Shown here one piece after another: positions 1 to 8,046 of a stretch of DNA of 64,000 nt. The position numbers and the translations under genes are program-made. Under the pieces are notes generated by a model that had not been told where the DNA came from, ran no database searches, and worked only from the letters and a program-made list of their open reading frames with translations. This DNA comes from a virus (lineage: Duplodnaviria > Caudoviricetes), in the IMG/VR virus record IMGVR_UViG_3300032330_001692, positions 29,829 to 93,828 of that record; one strand, written 5' to 3'. Position 1 is the first letter of the stretch, and each line of letters starts with the position of its first letter.

Positions 1-153
1 TGGAAGCGCGCATGGCTGCTGCCGATGCTGCCCTGGTGTACGCTAACCGCTTGAGCGATCCGTGTGCCACTGGTTGGGAAATCGGCGAAGCACTGGACAC
101 CCTGCAAGCGGCGTGTTATCATCTCGTTACCCTGCAACTTAACAAGGATTGAC

Positions 154-330
154 GTGTCGAAATTGAGTGATTTGAGCACCCAGATTCAGGATATGCTGGA
201 ATCTGGCATGGAACCCGAAACTGTAGCGCGCGTGTTGGAAGTGCCTGTGTCATGGGTGTTTGTGGAAATTGAGCAGGATCAAGAAGATTCGGCAAACTGG
301 TATAACCCGAATCCTCGGTTTGATTGGTAA
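154..330 (+). CDS. small HTH-like pre-early protein
   Basis: RBS aagga before GTG at 154; helical PETVARVLEVPVSWV. Confidence 0.55.
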   Translation: MSKLSDLSTQIQDMLESGMEPETVARVLEVPVSWVFVEIEQDQEDSANWYNPNPRFDW

Positions 331-350
331 CAGAAACTAAAGGAGATAAC

Positions 351-509
351 ATGCAGTTCTTTATGCTGGAATGGTGGGACATGAATCAAGGTAAGTATCA
401 TCAAGAGTATTACCAAACCTTTGAGGCTTTGTCTGCCAGGTTTATCATGTTGCGTGATAACGTGCCCGACAGCCGCCCGGAAGTTACCACCTGTCTGATG
501 GGCGACTAA
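351..509 (+). CDS. hypothetical protein
   Basis: aaggag RBS before ATG 351. Confidence 0.6.
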   Translation: MQFFMLEWWDMNQGKYHQEYYQTFEALSARFIMLRDNVPDSRPEVTTCLMGD

Positions 510-535
510 ATAATAAGGGGAAACCCTTATTATTT
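508..535. terminator. repeated hairpin AATAAGGG-N4-CCCTTATT (also ~2040, 4132, 5641, 6715)
   Basis: inverted repeat directly after the last gene of each pre-early unit. Confidence 0.7.
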
Positions 536-573
536 GCGCCGATATTATACCACCTAATATCGGGCCGCGTCAA
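536..573 (-). promoter_or_regulatory. leftward sigma70-like promoter, copy 1
   Basis: minus strand TTGACG-N18-TATAAT-ATCGGCGC. Confidence 0.65.
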
Positions 574-584
574 GAACTTTCTTC

Positions 585-600
585 TAGGTGTTTCCACCTA
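585..600. promoter_or_regulatory. palindrome TAGGTG-N4-CACCTA (also 961, 2225 imperfect, 4299, 5724)
   Basis: same dyad repeated in five intergenic regions. Confidence 0.6.
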
Positions 601-667
601 TGAAATAGTTGGTTGTGGCCTGGTGGCTGGTGTATACTGTGTTCACTCACTCAAACAAGGAAATCAA

Positions 668-880
668 ATGGACTACGCTCTCTACTCCACTGACGAACTG
701 GCAGGCATCTTTTCGGACTACTACAAAGACGTGCATGGCATCCGCCCTCGCTGGATTGACCACACTGATCGTGGGGTTTTGATGGCAGGGTTGACGGCGC
801 TGGACGATTACATGGCACACATGCGCAGTACGCCCGAGGGACGTGAAGAACTGCGCGAGCAGGGCTGGGTGCTGGGCTGA
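668..880 (+). CDS. hypothetical protein
   Basis: aagga RBS; SDYYKDVHGIRPR motif common in phage proteins. Confidence 0.7.
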   Translation: MDYALYSTDELAGIFSDYYKDVHGIRPRWIDHTDRGVLMAGLTALDDYMAHMRSTPEGREELREQGWVLG

Positions 881-910
881 CAAAAGACCCCACCAACTGT
901 GGGTCTTTTT

Positions 911-949
911 GGCGCCAAAATTATATCACTAATTTTGGGGCCGGGTCAA
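911..949 (-). promoter_or_regulatory. leftward sigma70-like promoter, copy 2
   Basis: TTGACC-N18-TATAAT-TTTGGCGCC. Confidence 0.65.
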
Positions 950-1010
950 GAACTTTTTTCTAGGTGTTTTCACCTATGTTAACCTGGCAGGCACTAAGCG
1001 AGAATACCGC

Positions 1011-1391
1011 ATGGATCAAAAAACACTTCTCGCACTGGCTCACAAAACCGTGGCTAAAACCTGGGGCAGCTTGGTCAGGGTTTACCCTGGGTTGACAGAA
1101 CCCTGCCCCATAGTGATGCTTAACTCACGCTTGAAAACTACCGCAGGCCGCAGTTTTTACACTCAGAGAAAAATTGATCTGTCAACACAATTGTTCACAG
1201 AACATCCGTTTCACTTTGTGCAGGACACCATCCCGCATGAAGTTTGCCATCAAGCGGCATGGGATTTATTTTCTGAACCCGGCCACGGCGAGCCGTGGCG
1301 GCGTGTTATGATCTCACTTGGCATCCAGCCTAATCGGTGCCATCAAATGACAAATACCCTATGGGAAGCTCAAAAAGCTAACCGCCGATAA
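1011..1391 (+). CDS. SprT-like zinc metalloprotein
   Basis: RLKTTAGR, HEVCH, HGEPWRRVM. Confidence 0.85.
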   Translation: MDQKTLLALAHKTVAKTWGSLVRVYPGLTEPCPIVMLNSRLKTTAGRSFYTQRKIDLSTQLFTEHPFHFVQDTIPHEVCHQAAWDLFSEPGHGEPWRRVMISLGIQPNRCHQMTNTLWEAQKANRR

Positions 1392-1392
1392 T

Positions 1393-1578
1393 ATGAAAAA
1401 TTTTCCCGGATTCTTGGCAGTGTGCGGCGCGTGGTTTTGTGCCCTGGGTTTTGTGCTGCCTGGCATCATGTGCTTTTTGGCCAGCTCGTTCTGGAGTATA
1501 TTCTGTGATGAGGATTGCAGCGTGTATTCTCTGGCGTTTCTGTGTGCTAACATGGTGGCATTTTTCAGGCTGACGTAA
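1393..1578 (+). CDS. small membrane protein
   Basis: two hydrophobic stretches; packed in operon. Confidence 0.55.
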   Translation: MKNFPGFLAVCGAWFCALGFVLPGIMCFLASSFWSIFCDEDCSVYSLAFLCANMVAFFRLT

Positions 1579-1579
1579 T

Positions 1580-1660
1580 ATGATCTGGAGCATGATTCTG
1601 GTATCTCTGCTGGCCAGCACGCCGCTGGTGCTTGTGTTCATTATGACTGAAAGTAGCTAA
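1580..1660 (+). CDS. 26-aa membrane peptide
   Basis: MIWSMILVSLLASTPLVLVFIMTESS, read by eye; 1 nt after previous stop. Confidence 0.45.
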   Translation: MIWSMILVSLLASTPLVLVFIMTESS

Positions 1661-1661
1661 T

Positions 1662-1805
1662 ATGCTTAACTTGCTTAAAATTCTGTGGGCTATCTGGTGT
1701 ATTATGTGGCTGCCCATTATGTGGTTGCTGGTGGGTGTAACCTACTTTGTGATATTGATTACCACAGGCAAAGCCGATGCCGACAGCTATATCGAGAACC
1801 TGTGA
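1662..1805 (+). CDS. 47-aa membrane peptide
   Basis: MLNLLKILWAIWCIMWLPIMWLLVGV...; stop overlaps next start (TGATG). Confidence 0.55.
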   Translation: MLNLLKILWAIWCIMWLPIMWLLVGVTYFVILITTGKADADSYIENL

Positions 1806-2038
1806 TGAAAAACTCCCGCGTGCGCTTGCGTTATGAAATTCTGGAAACTCCGGGCCTTAAACCCTGCACTGTATCTGCGGAAGAATTCCGCAGAAAGTTT
1901 CAAGGATCTACGGCAAAACTAAATCCAAAACAATATACCGGCACTGAAATGCTGGGCGTGGCCACCATGCACAAATCAAATGCAGTTCCGGTGTTTAACA
2001 CCGACGCGGCCCGAGATATTTCAAACATGCGCAGATAA
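1805..2038 (+). CDS. conserved phage hypothetical protein
   Basis: YTGT-x4-VATMHKSNAVPVF...DISNMRR motif. Confidence 0.7.
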   Translation: MKNSRVRLRYEILETPGLKPCTVSAEEFRRKFQGSTAKLNPKQYTGTEMLGVATMHKSNAVPVFNTDAARDISNMRR

Positions 2039-2059
2039 TAATAAGGGGAAACCCTTATT

Positions 2060-2098
2060 GGCGCCAAAATTATATCACTAATTTTGGGGCCGCGTCAA
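2060..2098 (-). promoter_or_regulatory. leftward sigma70-like promoter, copy 3
   Basis: TTGACG-N18-TATAAT-TTTGGCGCC. Confidence 0.65.
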
Positions 2099-2185
2099 GC
2101 GGGTGTGTGAAAATACCACACTGGTGCTTTCCCCTATACACCTGGTCTGCCAGGTGTGGTAGGCAATCAGTTTGCGCGGTTTTGG

Positions 2186-2224
2186 GGCGCCAAAATTATA
2201 CCCGGTTTCTAAAACACTTGTCAA
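2186..2224 (-). promoter_or_regulatory. leftward sigma70-like promoter, copy 4
   Basis: TTGACA-N18-TATAAT-TTTGGCGCC. Confidence 0.7.
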
Positions 2225-2349
2225 TAGGTGTTTTCCCCTACTAGTGGGCCTGGCCGACCTGTGCTAGCAAAAGACCCTGCCTGGTGTATGGTGTTGCTCG
2301 CCTGGCCGACCTGTGCTATTATCGGTGCTTCACACAAACAAGGTTCAGC

Positions 2350-2823
2350 ATGAAAACAGTTTCTCGGGTTTCAGTTTATGACATGGATGGCACTATCGTT
2401 TGCAGTTTGCATCGTTATCGTACCATTACTGGTCCAGATAATATTGAACGAATTGATTTGCCATACTGGCGCGAAAATGAGTATCGTGCAGGCGACGATT
2501 CTCTTTTGCCACTGGCCATGCAATATAAACAAGATTTGCAGGATGAAAACTGCTATGTGATTATTGCCACTGCGCGAGTATTGAATTCTCCCGACCGTAA
2601 ATTTATCCGGGAGATTTTGGGTCAACCCGATGCCATCGTCTCGCGTGCTGCAAATGATTCACGCTCGGGTGGTTTGCTCAAAGTATTGGGTTTGCGCAAG
2701 TATTATCAAGCATTCCAATCTGCGGATTGGTGCTTTTATGAAGATAATGCAACCTATCTCAAAACGGTTTGCGACTATTTCAATATCCGGGGCGTGTATG
2801 TGCCCAGCAAACAAGGCCACTAA
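2350..2823 (+). CDS. HAD-superfamily phosphatase
   Basis: VYDMDGT, TAR, FYEDN motifs. Confidence 0.8.
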   Translation: MKTVSRVSVYDMDGTIVCSLHRYRTITGPDNIERIDLPYWRENEYRAGDDSLLPLAMQYKQDLQDENCYVIIATARVLNSPDRKFIREILGQPDAIVSRAANDSRSGGLLKVLGLRKYYQAFQSADWCFYEDNATYLKTVCDYFNIRGVYVPSKQGH

Positions 2824-2840
2824 AATAGATTAAAAAGTTC

Positions 2841-2869
2841 TTGACAGCAGTATCTGATTCTGATATACT
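2841..2869 (+). promoter_or_regulatory. sigma70 promoter
   Basis: TTGACA-N17-TATACT. Confidence 0.75.
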
Positions 2870-2934
2870 CTTTTTGTTGGGTTAGTAAACCCAACCCGCG
2901 ATTATCCGGCGGCTCCGGTATAAAGGAAACTAAA

Positions 2935-3633
2935 ATGGCCAAAAAGCAATACTTTGCAATTCTCGACACCGAAACCACGATGGCAAATACCGTGGCTGAT
3001 TTGGGTATTATTATCGTTGACCGTCAAGGCAAGATTTATAATCAAATGGCAGTTTTGATTAACGGTCAATACGGCACGCATGAATTGTTCCATGACAAAC
3101 ATGCCAACGACGTTTGGGGTTATGGTGGACTGGAAAAGCGCAAACTGGCCTATACCAAAATGCTGGATTCAGGTTCGCGTATGCTGGCATCAGTTAATGC
3201 CATCAACCGTTGGATTCAGCAGGCCGTCGGCAAATACAATCCCGAATTGACTGCCTATAATCTGAGTTTCGACCTGGACAAATGTGTGAATACTGAGATT
3301 GATTTGAGTGGATTTAATAGCTCATTCTGTTTGTGGCAAGCTGCCGTGGGTAACGTCTGCAATACCAAACAATATAAACAGTTTGTGCTTGACAATCACG
3401 GTTTCAACGCTCCGACGGGCCACGGCAATATGTCCATGAAAACCACCGCAGAAATGGTTGCCGGGTTTATCTCGGGTGAGTTTAAGGCAGAACCGCATAC
3501 TGCACTGGAAGATGCCCGAGATTTTGAATTGCCCATTCTGGTGGAGATTCTGAAAAAGAAAAAGTGGCGTGAAAAGATTACCCCTTATGTGTGGCGTGAT
3601 TTTCAGGTGAAGAATCATTACTCGGTGAAATAA
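2935..3633 (+). CDS. DEDDh 3'-5' exonuclease
   Basis: LDTET, AYN-x2-FD, HTALEDA. Confidence 0.85.
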   Translation: MAKKQYFAILDTETTMANTVADLGIIIVDRQGKIYNQMAVLINGQYGTHELFHDKHANDVWGYGGLEKRKLAYTKMLDSGSRMLASVNAINRWIQQAVGKYNPELTAYNLSFDLDKCVNTEIDLSGFNSSFCLWQAAVGNVCNTKQYKQFVLDNHGFNAPTGHGNMSMKTTAEMVAGFISGEFKAEPHTALEDARDFELPILVEILKKKKWREKITPYVWRDFQVKNHYSVK

Positions 3634-3634
3634 T

Positions 3635-3967
3635 ATGCACGACCTTATCCGTCAAACGATAGGGTTTCTCCAAATCGAGAAACCCTATAAAATCGTGCTC
3701 AAACCCGCACTAAAAGGTAATGCAGCAGAGTATTATGAAATGCGCAGAAAGGGTAAACTGGTTTCGCATTTAATCCGGGTTTCAATCGACAATCTGCATA
3801 CTGATTCCCGGTGCTTGAATACTTTGATCGTGCATGAGTTTATCCACGCCTGGCAAGCCGAGAATAACATTGTGGAGATTCACGGCCGTGAATTCAGGAA
3901 AATGGCTAAATCTCTGGGCAACATTTTGAATCTGGACAATATCTATATTAAGGGCACAGATGTTTAA
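3635..3967 (+). CDS. SprT-like zinc metalloprotein
   Basis: HEFIH...HGREF. Confidence 0.75.
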   Translation: MHDLIRQTIGFLQIEKPYKIVLKPALKGNAAEYYEMRRKGKLVSHLIRVSIDNLHTDSRCLNTLIVHEFIHAWQAENNIVEIHGREFRKMAKSLGNILNLDNIYIKGTDV

Positions 3968-4127
3968 TATTCTAGAACTTAAACAAATCAAGGAAATTGT
4001 AGATGAAATCCTTGAGATTCATGACGCGCAAAATAATATTCATATACCAGAAAAGGGTTTTGAATATCTCAATACTCAACGTGCCATGCTCGAAGATCGA
4101 TTGCAAAAGATATTCGACGATTATTAA
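3960..4127 (+). CDS. hypothetical protein (55 aa)
   Basis: open frame filling gap before hairpin. Confidence 0.5.
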   Translation: MFNILELKQIKEIVDEILEIHDAQNNIHIPEKGFEYLNTQRAMLEDRLQKIFDDY

Positions 4128-4157
4128 CCAAACCGAATAAGGGTTTACCCTTATTCG

Positions 4158-4196
4158 GGCGCCAAAATTATATCACTAATTTTGGGGCCGCGTCCA
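4158..4196 (-). promoter_or_regulatory. leftward promoter, copy 5 (degenerate -35)
   Basis: TGGACG-N18-TATAAT-TTTGGCGCC. Confidence 0.55.
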
Positions 4197-4259
4197 GCGG
4201 CCTGGTGATTGTTTTTTGCTATGGCCGCCTGGCAGACCATAGGCTGTGCCTATGGGCCG

Positions 4260-4298
4260 GGCGCCAAAATTATACTATGCCTGCGAAAAAGCTGTCAA
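4260..4298 (-). promoter_or_regulatory. leftward sigma70-like promoter, copy 6
   Basis: TTGACA-N18-TATAAT-TTTGGCGCC. Confidence 0.7.
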
Positions 4299-4489
4299 TA
4301 GGTGAAAGCACCTAGTAGACCGCCTGGCGGAACTGTGCTAGCGAAAGACCCCACAAAAAGTAGGTGTTGCCTGGCGCGCTGGAATCGGTTATTATTCTTT
4401 TGTCGGTTGTTCGGACAGTTCTTTAAAAACCAGCGCGATTCAGGCCCTGCCGGGACGGCACTGCCAAAGACCCCTAAAAAAATAGGGGG

Positions 4490-4518
4490 TTGACACAGAA
4501 TCGAAAGTGACTGATAAT
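4490..4518 (+). promoter_or_regulatory. sigma70 promoter for A2-like gene
   Basis: TTGACA-N17-GATAAT. Confidence 0.7.
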
Positions 4519-4590
4519 AGATTCATCGGTTCAGGAAACGCCGAGCAATCGCAAAAGTTTCCAAATTGTTCCCTAAAAGGATACTGAAAA

Positions 4591-4947
4591 ATGGCTCAAG
4601 CTAAAACCGTGGTTGTGAACTACACTGCCGAACAAACTGCCCAGGTGGTTGCCGACTATCAAGCCGGTGTTACCGTGGAAACCATTGCGGAAAACATGGG
4701 CAAAACCGCCCGTTCGATTATCGCGAAACTGTCTCGCGAAGGTGTTTACAAGGCTAAGGTTTACAAAACCAAAACCGGCGAAACCGTGGAAAAGAAGGAT
4801 CAAACCGCCGATGCCATCGGTGCAGTTCTGAAAATGTCGGAGTCGGAGATTGAATCTCTGACCAAGGCGAACAAAACCGCCCTGCGCAAGATTTGGCAGG
4901 CGCTGGCTAATTCGCGGCCGATTACTCCGGAGGATGATTCCGAGTAA
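4591..4947 (+). CDS. T5 A2-like DNA-binding protein
   Basis: YTAEQT...IAENMGKTARSIIAKLSREGVY...SLTKANK; resembles T5 A2/D3/D5 HTH; pre-early position. Confidence 0.7.
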   Translation: MAQAKTVVVNYTAEQTAQVVADYQAGVTVETIAENMGKTARSIIAKLSREGVYKAKVYKTKTGETVEKKDQTADAIGAVLKMSESEIESLTKANKTALRKIWQALANSRPITPEDDSE

Positions 4948-5035
4948 TTCACAAACCCCGAAAGGGGTTTTAATAGTATCTTCACGGTACTATTAAAACC
5001 GTTTTCTCTCAACTGGCCTAGAAAGGGCATCCGTT

Positions 5036-5263
5036 ATGCGCAAAGATTCTGAAACTTTCATGAACTCGGGTTCGGGTTATCTGCGTGCCACCACCGCGGT
5101 GGAAGTCGTTGATATTTGGGGTCAGGTATCCTATCGAAAAGTGGTTATCGGCAAACTGCATGATGTTAGTTTGCACGATGCCCAGGATATTGTGGAAAAG
5201 GCTCGGCAAACTGCTGCCGACCGTGGGCAGAATATTCAGGCTGAATTCAAAATCTCTCTGTAA
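5036..5263 (+). CDS. hypothetical protein
   Basis: ORF with RBS. Confidence 0.55.
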   Translation: MRKDSETFMNSGSGYLRATTAVEVVDIWGQVSYRKVVIGKLHDVSLHDAQDIVEKARQTAADRGQNIQAEFKISL

Positions 5264-5278
5264 ACCGAAAGGATTAAA

Positions 5279-5623
5279 ATGTCGAATACTAAACTCTCTG
5301 TGGCTCAGAAACAAGCCTTGAAAACTCTGCGTCAACTTTATCCCGACGTTGAAATTTTCCATTTTCCCGATAATCGGGTTTGCGTGGGCATTCGGCGCAC
5401 CGGCGAGAAAATGGGGGAATTTTCCGTGGCAATTTGCGCAGATACCGAAACCAAGTATCGCAAAAAGGTCGGCGAACTGCTGGTGCGTGAGCGCATGCAA
5501 TATGGCGTGTGTTTGCCGGTGGAATTGGGCACTATTTACTCCGATGATGATGAAACCGAGTATATGGAAATGGTGGCTGATAGTATCGCCCAGGCAGTAA
5601 CCGGATTATCGCCCAGGCAGTAA
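5279..5623 (+). CDS. hypothetical protein
   Basis: RBS; VAIC...KKVG motif shared with 29136..29546. Confidence 0.65.
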   Translation: MSNTKLSVAQKQALKTLRQLYPDVEIFHFPDNRVCVGIRRTGEKMGEFSVAICADTETKYRKKVGELLVRERMQYGVCLPVELGTIYSDDDETEYMEMVADSIAQAVTGLSPRQ

Positions 5624-5665
5624 CCGGATAATATCCAAAACCGAATAAGGGTAAACCCTTATTCG

Positions 5666-5701
5666 GGCGCCATTTTATCATATAAAATGGGGCTGGGTCA
5701 A
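5666..5701 (-). promoter_or_regulatory. leftward promoter, copy 7
   Basis: TTGACC-N18-TAAAAT-GGCGCC. Confidence 0.6.
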
Positions 5702-5907
5702 GGGCATGTGTGAAAATACAACGTAGGTGTTTTCACCTAGTCTGACGCGCAAAATTTCGTGTAGAATAGGGTAGGCGCCAAAAATGCACCACACTGGTGC
5801 ACGCCTGGTGCACGCCTGGCAAAAGACCACACCGGCTCTAGGGTGTTGACGGCTGACGTGGACCCGGTGTACACTACGTCATCGGATCAAAAAACAAGGT
5901 AATAAAT

Positions 5908-5985
5908 ATGTGGATGCTTATCGGTTACATGGTGTTTATTGTGGCGGGGTTTGTGATTATGTTCACTGTAACTAGGGAATGGTAA
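5908..5985 (+). CDS. 25-aa membrane peptide
   Basis: aaggt RBS; MWMLIGYMVFIVAGFVIMFTVTREW. Confidence 0.5.
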   Translation: MWMLIGYMVFIVAGFVIMFTVTREW

Positions 5986-6164
5986 TGTTTCTGAAAACGT
6001 ATGAACGGGTAGTAAATACCCTGCTGGCAGGTAATACCGGCAACACTCAAATAGTTTGCCGGTTTCGTGGTGGCAAACTGCTGCGCGGTACTGCCAGCAA
6101 ACATAGAACCCACAGCGGGTGTATTTTTCGCAAATTCTTGAGGATGAAACATGCCAGGGTTTGA
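5985..6164 (+). CDS. small basic protein
   Basis: TAATG coupling. Confidence 0.45.
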   Translation: MFLKTYERVVNTLLAGNTGNTQIVCRFRGGKLLRGTASKHRTHSGCIFRKFLRMKHARV

Positions 6165-6360
6165 TCGTGATTACTTGGTGGCGGTTGGCGCTTACGGGCG
6201 TGATGCCACTGAGCAGGATTGGCAGGCCGGAAAAGATTTTCAGGTGAAAGGCGGCCCGTACTTTTCAATCCGTGATTGCGAAACCATCAAGCAGGATGGG
6301 GTTTCGCAAATCATTTTCTATAACCGCCAGGGTTATCTGGCTTTTGTAAAGGATCTATAA
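6151..6360 (+). CDS. hypothetical protein
   Basis: AYGRD...DWQAGKDF motif; RBS. Confidence 0.65.
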   Translation: MPGFDRDYLVAVGAYGRDATEQDWQAGKDFQVKGGPYFSIRDCETIKQDGVSQIIFYNRQGYLAFVKDL

Positions 6361-6578
6361 TGCGGATTACTCGCGACCAGTTGGTGGACTACACCGATAC
6401 TATACTCCATGATGCCAGCAGGCTGGGCTGGGATACTATTCGAGAATTGCAGGATCAGTATACGGTGAATCTGTGTGATGGTAATGACGAAACCTGGTTC
6501 GATTCAGACGAACTGCCCCAGGATCAGAACCTGACCATACTGTCAGAAGCCGAGTTTCTGGAAACCTACGTATTCTAA
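6360..6578 (+). CDS. hypothetical acidic protein
   Basis: coupled ORF. Confidence 0.6.
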   Translation: MRITRDQLVDYTDTILHDASRLGWDTIRELQDQYTVNLCDGNDETWFDSDELPQDQNLTILSEAEFLETYVF

Positions 6579-6588
6579 AGGAAAGATT

Positions 6589-6708
6589 ATGGAAACCGTT
6601 TTGATTTGGCTTGCAGGCGGAGTTATTACCTGGCTGGCCTTGGTGTTTTTGTTTCATGCTATTGTAATTGCGGGTGCATTTTATTTTATTTACAAAATTT
6701 GTAAATAA
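6589..6708 (+). CDS. 39-aa membrane peptide
   Basis: aagga RBS; almost entirely hydrophobic. Confidence 0.55.
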   Translation: METVLIWLAGGVITWLALVFLFHAIVIAGAFYFIYKICK

Positions 6709-6714
6709 CCAATA

Positions 6715-7300
6715 CCAATAAGGGTAAACCCTTATTGGCGCCATTTTACCACGTAAAATGGGAGCGTGTCAAGCACTTTCGGAAAAACCCTGCTGGCTGT
6801 AGGGGTTCTGCGCCGAAACCGGAATCATTCGCATTTGCATTCGTGTTCCGGTGGCTGAAAGCAAATGCGAATGATTCGCATTCAGCGCAGTAAACTGCGT
6901 AAAGTGTGTAAGGCCGGTAAAGCGCATAAAGTTGGTAAACCTCATAAACTGGGTAAACTGAGTAAACCACTCAAACCACTACCCCCCACCCCTATTGGCG
7001 CCAGTGCGAAATCAACAAGTGCAAAATCAACCAGTTTGCCGGCGCCAGTGCAAAAACAACACCAAATTTTCAGAGTCTGCCGGCGCCAAAATTATAAAGT
7101 GCAAAACCAATGCTTGTCAAGTGCAAATTTCAGAGCGTGACCCCAGCCGCGCCAGTGGGAAAACAACGGAAATTTCAAGGGTGGTGGGCGCCAAAATTAT
7201 AAAGTGGAAAACCAATGTGTGTCAAGTGCAAATTTTCACACGGAAACAGTTACCGGAACCCATTACCGCAAAAAGACCACATAAATTTTTAATTTGCTCA
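6715..7300. repeat. putative injection-stop-like region: leftward promoters 6737-6772, 7082-7120, 7187-7225; 17-bp inverted repeat; nine 9-bp repeats; GCGCCAGTG repeats
   Basis: dense direct and inverted repeats at the pre-early/early boundary, as in T5. Confidence 0.6.
6864..6882. promoter_or_regulatory. Fur-box-like palindrome
   Basis: AATGCGAAT-G-ATTCGCATT, 9-1-9 dyad. Confidence 0.5.
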
Positions 7301-7349
7301 AGTTTGCCTTTTGGGGTATAATGTTTTTATTCTAAACTCCGATACCGTT

Positions 7350-7652
7350 ATGGCTCAGCAACCTTATACTCCAGAACAAACCACCCAAGTGCTCCAACTA
7401 TACGCCGCAGGCGTAGACCAGGAGACTATTGCGCTTACTCTAGAGCGCAGCACTCGCAGCATTATTAGCAAACTGGTGCAGCTGGGCGTTTATCAAACTC
7501 CGGAACAGCGTCAGGCCAGACCCAAAAAAGCTGAGCTGATTCAGCAAATTGCAAGGCACCTGGACCTGGATGCAGCTCAGTTGAACTCTCTTGAAAAAGC
7601 CACACACGGCGCACTCACGCTCTTGCACAGCTCCATAACTCAACCCACCTAA
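7350..7652 (+). CDS. A2-like DNA-binding paralogue
   Basis: YTPEQT...RSIISKLVQLGVY...SLEKAT. Confidence 0.75.
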   Translation: MAQQPYTPEQTTQVLQLYAAGVDQETIALTLERSTRSIISKLVQLGVYQTPEQRQARPKKAELIQQIARHLDLDAAQLNSLEKATHGALTLLHSSITQPT

Positions 7653-7692
7653 TTTGGTTGCCGCGAAGGCGGCCAACTCTAGGGTCCAGAAA

Positions 7693-7732
7693 CAAAAAAG
7701 CCCGTAAACTTCACAGTTTACGGGCTTTTTTA
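7693..7732. terminator. bidirectional intrinsic terminator
   Basis: AAAAAAGCCCGTAAAC-loop-GTTTACGGGCTTTTTT between convergent genes. Confidence 0.85.
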
Positions 7733-7746
7733 CGTTTCAACACTTT

Positions 7747-8046
7747 TCACGGCTTTAAAGCCTTTTCCAAGAGCAAAAGCACGTTTTTGTTGGCTTTTTC
7801 AAGCGATTCCAGCAATTCCAAATTGCAATCCAGCAGTTTGGCAATCTTTTCGATCAAAACTTCCTTCTTTTCAGGCGGTTCACCGCGCTTGTTCAAGTAA
7901 GTTTTGCGCTGGTAAACACCCAAACTCGACAATTTTGCGATCACTGAGCGTTCAGGCACACCCAGAGTCCGGGCGAGTTCAGGCACAGGGACTCCGGCCA
8001 GGTGTTGGTTTAAAAGCTGTTGTGTGATTTCAGGAGTGTATTTCAT
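7747..8046 (-). CDS. A2-like DNA-binding paralogue
   Basis: YTPEIT...RSVIAKLSSLGVY...SLEKANK. Confidence 0.75.
   Translation of the reverse strand: MKYTPEITQQLLNQHLAGVPVPELARTLGVPERSVIAKLSSLGVYQRKTYLNKRGEPPEKKEVLIEKIAKLLDCNLELLESLEKANKNVLLLLEKALKP

Noticed and set aside
508-7225. Pre-early repeats as a CRISPR array
   Set aside because: Irregular spacing with whole genes between copies and no cas genes; they read as promoters and hairpins.
6865-7321. ORFs 6865..7140 and 6995..7321
   Set aside because: No RBS; the repetitive peptides are translations of the DNA repeats.
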